From positions 62,899-126,898 of the forward strand of contig JAEUKH010000006.1 of NCBI GenBank assembly GCA_016792845.1: DNA of 64,000 nucleotides. The letters run 5' to 3'. The DNA is from Myxococcales bacterium (GTDB taxonomy: Bacteria; Myxococcota_A; Polyangia; Polyangiales; Ga0077539). Position numbers and translations under genes: made by a program. Under the pieces are notes generated by a model that worked only from the letters and a program-made list of their open reading frames with translations, ran no database searches and was not told where the DNA came from. Of the stretch, positions 58,187-64,000 are shown in pieces (the stretch's first letter is position 1; each line of letters begins with the position of its first letter).

Positions 58187-60643
58187 TCAGCGTGCGGGCC
58201 ACTGCCATTCGAGGCTGGCGAACACCTGACGAAAGCCTGCCGGTTGGATGCCCTGGGGGGCCCGGTTGGCGATGTACGCTTGGTTGGTGAGGTTGCGGCC
58301 GTTGAGGGCGACGGTGATGCCCGAGCGGCGCAGGGTGTAGGCGAGGCGGGCGTCGAGGGTGAGCGAGGCGGGGAGGGCGCCGATGAGGCCGTCGGGCGAG
58401 GGAGCCTGGGTGTTCTCGCGGTCGGCGAACTGCGACGAGAGGTAGTTGACGCCCACCTGGGCGGCGACGCCCGCGCGGTGCACGAAGCGGAGCTGCACGT
58501 TCAAGAGGTGCTCGGGCGCGTACGGGAGGCGGTTGCGGTTGAAGAGTCCCGCGGTGAAATCGGCCACCGGCACCCAGGTGTAGCTGACCATCAAGGGCAT
58601 GGCGAAGCTCGACCCGCGGCCGCGGCTGAAGGGGTCGATGACGAGGCTCGCCTCGGTGCCGATGTGGCGGCTCTTGCCGCTGTTGAAGTTGCCGCCCGAG
58701 ACCGTCGCGCCCGACTCGCTTGGGGGGATGATCTGGTTCGAGAATTCGAGCAAGAAGCCCGCGACGTCGAGGTTGAACCAGCGGCCCGCGCGGAGGCGCA
58801 TGCCGAGCTCAGCGTTCCACGAGAGTTCGGCGTCGAGGTTGAGGTTGGCGCCCGCGGCGGAGACGGCGTCGCGGCTCCGGGGCGGGGCGTATCCGCGGTG
58901 AACGCCGGTGTAGACCGTGGTCGCGCGGCTCAGGTCGACGGCCACCCCGAGCCCGGGGATCACCGCGCTCGAGAAGGCGCTTCCGCGCACGAGGGTGTCG
59001 GCGCCGCGGGTGACGCCCATCGCGTCGGTCTGCGGCACGCGCAAGATCGTGCGGTCGCTCAGGTAGTTCTCGACGCGCAGGCCCGGGGTCACGTGCACCC
59101 GGCGCGAGAAGCTGAAGCGGTGCTGCACGGCGGCCGAGAAGGCGTACCCGTTGCGCCGCTCCTCGTCGCGCACGTCGCCCGACTCCTGGTTCGGCCGCGA
59201 GGTCATGTAGATCTGGTCGTGGGCCTGCTCGTAGAGCGCGCGCCCAACGGCGATCAATTCGCCTTCGACGCTGCCGCGCTGCCACGTCCAGGTGAGCCGC
59301 GGCTCGAAGCCCGCGACCTCGAAGCGTCGGTGACGGATGGCCGCGCTCTGGCGAAAGTACAGCAGCGTGCCGCGGCCCGCGTTGACGATGCCTGGGTCGC
59401 CCGGCGCGCGGCACACCCCGAGGCCGTCACAGACCCGCTCGTACTCGACCCCGGCCGCGGTCGAGGGCTCGCGGTCGAACTCCTGGCGCCGCCAGGCGCG
59501 GTCGGTCTCGTAGCCGTAGAGTGACGTTTGTAAGCGGAGGTTCGCGCTCAGCCGGTACTGGTGCACCACCGCGAGGGCGTGGCGGCGCACCTGGAAGAGG
59601 TCATGGTCGCCGAGCGAGGTCGCGGGGTCGTGGCCGAATTGCGCCGTGGTGAGCCCGAGGTAGGTCGCCTGCGACGACTCGTCGTAGAAGCTGAACTTGA
59701 GCCGCAGCGTGGCCCGCGACGAGAGATTGAGCCGCATCCGGGCGGTGACGTCGGTGAGCGCGAGGTTCAGGTCGCGCACGCCGTCAAAGCGGCGGTGAAT
59801 GACGTCGAGCTGCCACCCCACGGGCCCGTGCGTCGCCCCCGCGTACCCGTGGAGCATGAAGTAGCCCTGGTCGCCGAGGCGCAGGGCCACGCCGCCGGTG
59901 GGCGTCTGCGGCGGCTCGCGGGTGATGTAGTTGATCACCCCGCCGATGGTCTGAGGGCCCCACAAGATCTGCCCGCTGCCGCGCACGACCTCGATGCGGT
60001 CCATGCGCTCGATGGGCGGGGTGTAGTAGAGCTCGGGCGCGCCGTACGGGTTCAGCGACAGCGGGATGCCGTCTTCGAGGATGAGCACCTTGCGCGAGCG
60101 GTTGGGGTCGAGGCCCCGGATGCCGATGTTGAGCCGGAGCCCCATCGGGTCTTCGCCCGCCACGTTGACCCCGGGCACCGTGCGCAGCGCGTCGCCGCCG
60201 TGCTGCGGCGCGAGGTTTCGCAGGTCTTCGCGGCGCACGAGGGAGGCCGACCCGGGCAGCCGGTCGAGGCCCCCGCGGTGCGAGCCCACCACCGTGGCCG
60301 CGCCCTCGTCTCCGTCGACCGGCGCGGCCGGGGTGACAGGCGTCGATCGACGTGTGTCGTTCGGTTGACGTGCATCGGTCGATTGACGCGTGTCGTTCGA
60401 CGCATCGACGTCGGTCGCCGCGGGGGCCTCGGGGGGCGCCTCGGCCGCGGGGGTCGGGCGTCGCGTCGCGGGGGCAGGGGCGCCCGATGCGGGCTCCGTC
60501 GGGGGCGCGTCGGGGGCCGCCGCGACGGGCGGAGACGCGGCCTCAGCGGGCGCGACCCTGTCGTCGGCGCGGGCGCGCGCGGGCCAGAGCGAGAGGCCAC
60601 AGAGCGCCGCGGCGGTCGCGACGCGACGGTCAGTCATGGTCAC
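58187..60643 (-). CDS. TonB-dependent outer-membrane receptor
   Basis: A signal peptide and a Pro/Ala-rich extension are followed by a plug domain (ALRTVPGVNVAGEDPMGLRLNIGIRGLDPNRSRKVLILEDGIPL). A long beta-barrel follows, with a conserved C-terminal region (NGRNLTNQAYI...). Confidence 0.9.
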   Translation of the reverse strand: MTMTDRRVATAAALCGLSLWPARARADDRVAPAEAASPPVAAAPDAPPTEPASGAPAPATRRPTPAAEAPPEAPAATDVDASNDTRQSTDARQPNDTRRSTPVTPAAPVDGDEGAATVVGSHRGGLDRLPGSASLVRREDLRNLAPQHGGDALRTVPGVNVAGEDPMGLRLNIGIRGLDPNRSRKVLILEDGIPLSLNPYGAPELYYTPPIERMDRIEVVRGSGQILWGPQTIGGVINYITREPPQTPTGGVALRLGDQGYFMLHGYAGATHGPVGWQLDVIHRRFDGVRDLNLALTDVTARMRLNLSSRATLRLKFSFYDESSQATYLGLTTAQFGHDPATSLGDHDLFQVRRHALAVVHQYRLSANLRLQTSLYGYETDRAWRRQEFDREPSTAAGVEYERVCDGLGVCRAPGDPGIVNAGRGTLLYFRQSAAIRHRRFEVAGFEPRLTWTWQRGSVEGELIAVGRALYEQAHDQIYMTSRPNQESGDVRDEERRNGYAFSAAVQHRFSFSRRVHVTPGLRVENYLSDRTILRVPQTDAMGVTRGADTLVRGSAFSSAVIPGLGVAVDLSRATTVYTGVHRGYAPPRSRDAVSAAGANLNLDAELSWNAELGMRLRAGRWFNLDVAGFLLEFSNQIIPPSESGATVSGGNFNSGKSRHIGTEASLVIDPFSRGRGSSFAMPLMVSYTWVPVADFTAGLFNRNRLPYAPEHLLNVQLRFVHRAGVAAQVGVNYLSSQFADRENTQAPSPDGLIGALPASLTLDARLAYTLRRSGITVALNGRNLTNQAYIANRAPQGIQPAGFRQVFASLEWQWPAR

Positions 60644-62753
60644 CCTCGACGCGGCGGCTGCGAATCTGGAGCGTGGTGGTGAACTCCATCTTCAGAAAGC
60701 TCGTGAGCTCGCGCACCGCCGCGTGGAGGCGCACGACCGCCTCGCGGTCGGCCTCGATGCTCGCGCGGAGGTCGTTGCTGTTGAGGGCCGCGGCGGCCTG
60801 GTCGGCGGCGTTGAGGTCGGCCGCCATGGTCGTCGCGAGGGCGCCCGCACCGGCCGAGCGCAAGAGGTCGTCGAAGCCGAGGTTGTTGCCCGCGGGGCAG
60901 CCCTCAAGGAGCGTGCGGAGGCCGACGATGTTCTGCCGGATGTTGCGCACGCCGCGCCGCGCGAAGGGCGACTCGACGCGGTCGATGCAGCTCGCGCCGG
61001 TGCAGGTGATGCCGAGGGGCGCGCCGAGCCTGAGGTCTTTGGTCTCGGTGTCGGCGTAGCTCGTGGCCTCGGCTACCGCCGAGAGGGCCTCTTGGAGCGT
61101 GGTGTACACGGTGCTCCCGGTGCCTGCGCGGAGGAACTCGTTCGGGTAGTTCGCGGGCTCCCAGGCGGTGCGCACGGCGCGGGCGCGGGTGGCGAGGTCG
61201 CTCGCGAGGGCGCGGGCGGCGCGGGCCCTCAGGCCGAGGCGATCGGCGGGGCTCAGGGCGGCCCAGGTGCCCATGGCGTTGAGCGGCTCGCTGGCCGCGC
61301 AGGCGTTCTCGGCGCCCTCGTAGAAGAGCACGTATTCGAGCGCCGCGAGGCCGCGGGTGCTGACCGACAGCTCGGCCACCGAGGGGGCCTCGTAGGCCCG
61401 GGCGACGAGCTGTTGTTCGACGAGGCAGCGGTTGAAATCGGGCCACGCGTAGAGCTGCGGCCTGAGCCCCTGGCCGCCGAGGGCCTTGAGGTCGCCGAGC
61501 GGGCCGTAGCGCAGCATTTCGGCCTCTTGCCAGTGATCCGAGGCGGCCTCCCAGGCGGCGCGGGCGGGGGCGAGGGTGGCCTCCGAGGGCGCGGCCGCGA
61601 GGGCCTCGGCGGCGGTCGCGAGGGCCGTCGCGCGGTCGACAAAGGTAGTCATGACGCCGGTGGTGCAGGTGGCCATCGCGCGCAGCACCTCGGCGCGGTC
61701 GACCACGGGCGTGTCGTCGCTGCACCCTCCCGCCCCGAGCACGAGGCTGGCGACGGCGAGGGAGGCCACGGGGCGCCACCGGCGGGGGGCCTTGGGTGCG
61801 CCGCCCATGAGCGCCGAGAGGCTCTCCCAGAAGGGGATGGCGAGGGAGCCGAGCACCCCGGCGTTGTGGAGCCGGTCGCCCTCTCCGAGCCCGAAGGTGA
61901 GGGCCTCGGGGGTCTCGCGGGTGGTGTAGAGGCTGCCGCCCCAGCGATCCCACACGCTCAAGATGGTGCCGAAGTTCTTGTCGCGGTGCGCGGCCGAGAT
62001 CGAGTGGTGAACCTGGTGCTGCGCGGGGCTCAAGAGCCACCGTTCGAGGCGCCCGAAGGAGACCCACACCATCGAGTGACGGAGGCTCGCGCCGGTCAAG
62101 TTCCACCCGAAGCCGAGGGCGTCGACGCCGAGGATCTGCCAGGCTTCAAAGTGCGGGCCCGCGAGCCAGGCCCAGAGGCCCGTGACGAGCCCCAGGGTGA
62201 CGGCGCTGCGCAGGGTGTTGAGCCCGGTCTCGACCGGGTGGGTGCGATACAGCGTGAGCGGCGTGAGCACCTCGGCGGCGTGGTGGACCTTGTGAAAAGC
62301 CCACAGCCACGACACCCGGTGCATCAGCTTGTGCACGGCGTAACGGCTCCAGTCTTCGATCGCGAAGGCGAGGAGCGTAAACCCGAGCCCCGCCCACACG
62401 GTCGAGAGGCTCACCGGGCTGTCACCGAGGTGGCGCCGCAGAAAGGCCGCCGTGAGCCCCGCGAGGGCCAGCCGCGACACGAGCGCGGTGCCCTGCGACA
62501 AGAGCCCCAAGGCCGACTTCGCCGCGATGAGCCCGAGGTCGGTGCGCGACGAGCGGTGAAGCCACATCTTCGGCGAGAGCAAGAGCCCCAAGGCCTCGCG
62601 GGCCGAGCCCCCGCGGCGCAACACCACCGCCACCGTGATCGCCAAGGCGCTCAAGAGGTACGGCCCGAACACCCGACGCGAGGGGTCGAGGAACATCGCC
62701 GCAGGTTCGCGAAACGCCGCCAGAATCGGGGCCACCACACCAGTGAATTGCAT
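60630..62753 (-). CDS. single ORF fusing a fatty acid hydroxylase-family membrane domain to an imelysin-like periplasmic domain
   Basis: The N-terminal His boxes are HKLMHRVSWLWAFHKVHHAAE and HQVHHS. At codon 316 (ATG 61808) an in-frame lipoprotein-type signal, MGGAPKAPRRWRPVASLAVASLVLGAGGCSDD, precedes a helical domain with an imelysin-like pattern (ARAAWEAASDHWQEAEMLRYGPLGD). The ORF overlaps the receptor gene by 14 nt. Confidence 0.8.
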   Translation of the reverse strand: MQFTGVVAPILAAFREPAAMFLDPSRRVFGPYLLSALAITVAVVLRRGGSAREALGLLLSPKMWLHRSSRTDLGLIAAKSALGLLSQGTALVSRLALAGLTAAFLRRHLGDSPVSLSTVWAGLGFTLLAFAIEDWSRYAVHKLMHRVSWLWAFHKVHHAAEVLTPLTLYRTHPVETGLNTLRSAVTLGLVTGLWAWLAGPHFEAWQILGVDALGFGWNLTGASLRHSMVWVSFGRLERWLLSPAQHQVHHSISAAHRDKNFGTILSVWDRWGGSLYTTRETPEALTFGLGEGDRLHNAGVLGSLAIPFWESLSALMGGAPKAPRRWRPVASLAVASLVLGAGGCSDDTPVVDRAEVLRAMATCTTGVMTTFVDRATALATAAEALAAAPSEATLAPARAAWEAASDHWQEAEMLRYGPLGDLKALGGQGLRPQLYAWPDFNRCLVEQQLVARAYEAPSVAELSVSTRGLAALEYVLFYEGAENACAASEPLNAMGTWAALSPADRLGLRARAARALASDLATRARAVRTAWEPANYPNEFLRAGTGSTVYTTLQEALSAVAEATSYADTETKDLRLGAPLGITCTGASCIDRVESPFARRGVRNIRQNIVGLRTLLEGCPAGNNLGFDDLLRSAGAGALATTMAADLNAADQAAAALNSNDLRASIEADREAVVRLHAAVRELTSFLKMEFTTTLQIRSRRVEGDHD

Positions 62754-62775
62754 CGCTCGACCTCAAGTATAATCC

Positions 62776-62790
62776 TGAGACTCAGTCTCA
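62776..62790. promoter_or_regulatory. 7-1-7 perfect palindrome, candidate operator in the divergent promoter region
   Basis: TGAGACT-C-AGTCTCA. It extends imperfectly to AATCCTGAGACTCAGTCTCAGAATG. It is preceded by TATAAT (62767-62772) and lies 23 nt upstream of the 62753 start codon. Confidence 0.4.
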
Positions 62791-62957
62791 GAATGTTGTC
62801 GCCGCGTACCAGTTTGTCGCGTCGGCTGTCAACGGCGATGCGCGCCTTCGCGGGGCGAAATGCGACGTGTCGGCTCTGTTTTTCGGGCCTCACTGCGACC
62901 CGGGGGCCGCGCAGAGCGGGTGACGGCGGTCACGAACTGTGCAAGAGCTGGGGCATT

Positions 62958-64000
62958 GTGGTCGAGCCTGCTGGCACAAAATTCAGCCGTTGGCTGCTCG
63001 GGCGCCTCGGTCTCTCGCCCGACGGCGACCCGCGGGTGTTTCGCGTGGCGCTCTTGGCGGTGCTCTACGTCGCGGTGGGGGTGTGTTCGCTGCCGCCGCG
63101 GCTGCTGCGCGGGGCGATGACCGCGGGCGAGGTGATGAGCTTCACGGCGGTGCTGCTCGGCGCGGTGTTCGTGCTTGGCGCGCTTCGACGCGGTCGCGAC
63201 CCGCGGTGGCTCGCGTGGGTCGAACTGCTGCTCGGCGCCGGGAGCGTGCTCTTCGAGACGACGCAGACCGGCGGCTTGTTCTCGCCCTCGATGACGTGGC
63301 TTGTGTTCTTGCCGACCGGCGTGGTGGTGCTCGTGGGGGTCGAGTCGCTGGTGTGGGGCGGCCTGCTCGCGCTGGTGATTTTTGTCGTCTACGCGGTCGC
63401 GCACGGGTTCGGGTTGCTCGGCCCGGCGCGCCTCGCGGCGGTCTACCAGATGGCGACGCTGCTCTCGATGCTGACCCTGGTGTCGACGCTGCTCTTGTGG
63501 CTGTTTGTCGACTCCGAGCAGCGCGCGCGGCGGGCGCAAGGTGAGAGCACGGCGCTCTTTCTTGAGCTCTCGCAGCGCCTCTTGGCGGGCGCGGTGTTTC
63601 TCGACGGGCACACGATCGTGTTCGCGACGCCGGTGGCCGCGGAGCTCTTGGGGGTGCCGCTCGACGGGCTCATCGGGCGCGACTTCTTTCATCTTACGGC
63701 GGTCTCTCCGTCGGCCGTCGAGAGCGTCGCGCGGCGCAGCCTTGAGGGGCAGCTTCGCGAGCCCGCGGTTGAGTTCTCGCACGGCGAGGGCGCGCGCCGT
63801 CGGCGCCTCGGGGCGCGCTTCGGCACGGCCCAATCGCGCGGCAGAGAGGTCACTCTGGTGACCCTCGTCGACGTGACGGTGCGCTCGCGCGAAGATGCCG
63901 AGCGCCTCGCGCTGCAGAGCCGTCTCATGGAGGCCGAGCGGCTCGAGAGCATGGGGCGCATCGCGGGCGGGGTGGCCCACGATTTCAACAACCTCCTCGT
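62958..64000 (+). CDS. membrane-bound PAS sensor histidine kinase (3' end beyond window)
   Basis: The frame is open at the window end and so is absent from the track; I hand-translated it. It has five hydrophobic helices (for example VALLAVLYVAVGV and MATLLSMLTLVSTLLLWLF), a PAS-like segment and the H-box MGRIAGGVAHDFNNLL. The start is uncertain: GTG 62958 was chosen where GC3 rises, and ATG 62793 and 62838 are also in frame. Confidence 0.8.
   Translation, partial: MVEPAGTKFSRWLLGRLGLSPDGDPRVFRVALLAVLYVAVGVCSLPPRLLRGAMTAGEVMSFTAVLLGAVFVLGALRRGRDPRWLAWVELLLGAGSVLFETTQTGGLFSPSMTWLVFLPTGVVVLVGVESLVWGGLLALVIFVVYAVAHGFGLLGPARLAAVYQMATLLSMLTLVSTLLLWLFVDSEQRARRAQGESTALFLELSQRLLAGAVFLDGHTIVFATPVAAELLGVPLDGLIGRDFFHLTAVSPSAVESVARRSLEGQLREPAVEFSHGEGARRRRLGARFGTAQSRGREVTLVTLVDVTVRSREDAERLALQSRLMEAERLESMGRIAGGVAHDFNNLL

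Noticed and set aside
62829-63980. 383-aa minus-strand ORF
   Set aside because: Antisense to the sensor histidine kinase frame, which shows TM helices and the H-box GGVAHDFNNLL. The minus-strand product is Arg/His/Pro-rich noise.

Overview
High-GC (about 70%), gene-dense chromosomal window. The gene content suggests Myxococcota, but this is inferred only from Hanks-type kinase, FHA-GGDEF, sigma-54, delta-60-repeat and TSP3-repeat lipoproteins, with no database search. Recognisable housekeeping genes are engB, murJ, the rpoN-hpf-ptsN cluster, argS, gyrA, pspA, yebC, sspB and the tmRNA gene ssrA. Many long ORFs in the track are antisense or alternate-frame artefacts of the GC content, and I kept only frames with recognisable motifs or signal peptides. 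The strongest accessory signal is a roughly 3-kb islet inserted into the 3' end of ssrA. It is bounded by a 26-bp direct repeat (34699-34724 and 37688-37713). It carries a decayed tyrosine-recombinase remnant, an HNH nuclease with an unassigned C-terminal half, and an AbiEi/AbiEii pair. A second HNH-family nuclease lies just beyond the distal repeat, so ssrA may be a small defence hotspot. Other observations worth a second look: (1) an Hsp70-like protein with a roughly 590-aa Pro/Ala/Gly-rich insert between the ATPase and substrate-binding domains, in a cluster with a J-domain protein; (2) a minus-strand TonB-receptor cluster headed by an in-frame hydroxylase-imelysin ORF that contains an internal lipoprotein signal, with a 7-1-7 palindrome upstream; (3) a tiny Gly/Asn/Lys tandem-repeat ORF; (4) a roughly 0.5-kb cluster of nested hairpin repeats after yebC; (5) an 18-bp perfect inverted-repeat pair between pspA and the J-domain gene. 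No cas genes or CRISPR array, rRNA, standalone tRNA or reverse transcriptase were seen. All functional calls rest on motifs read from the translations, and no homology search could be run.
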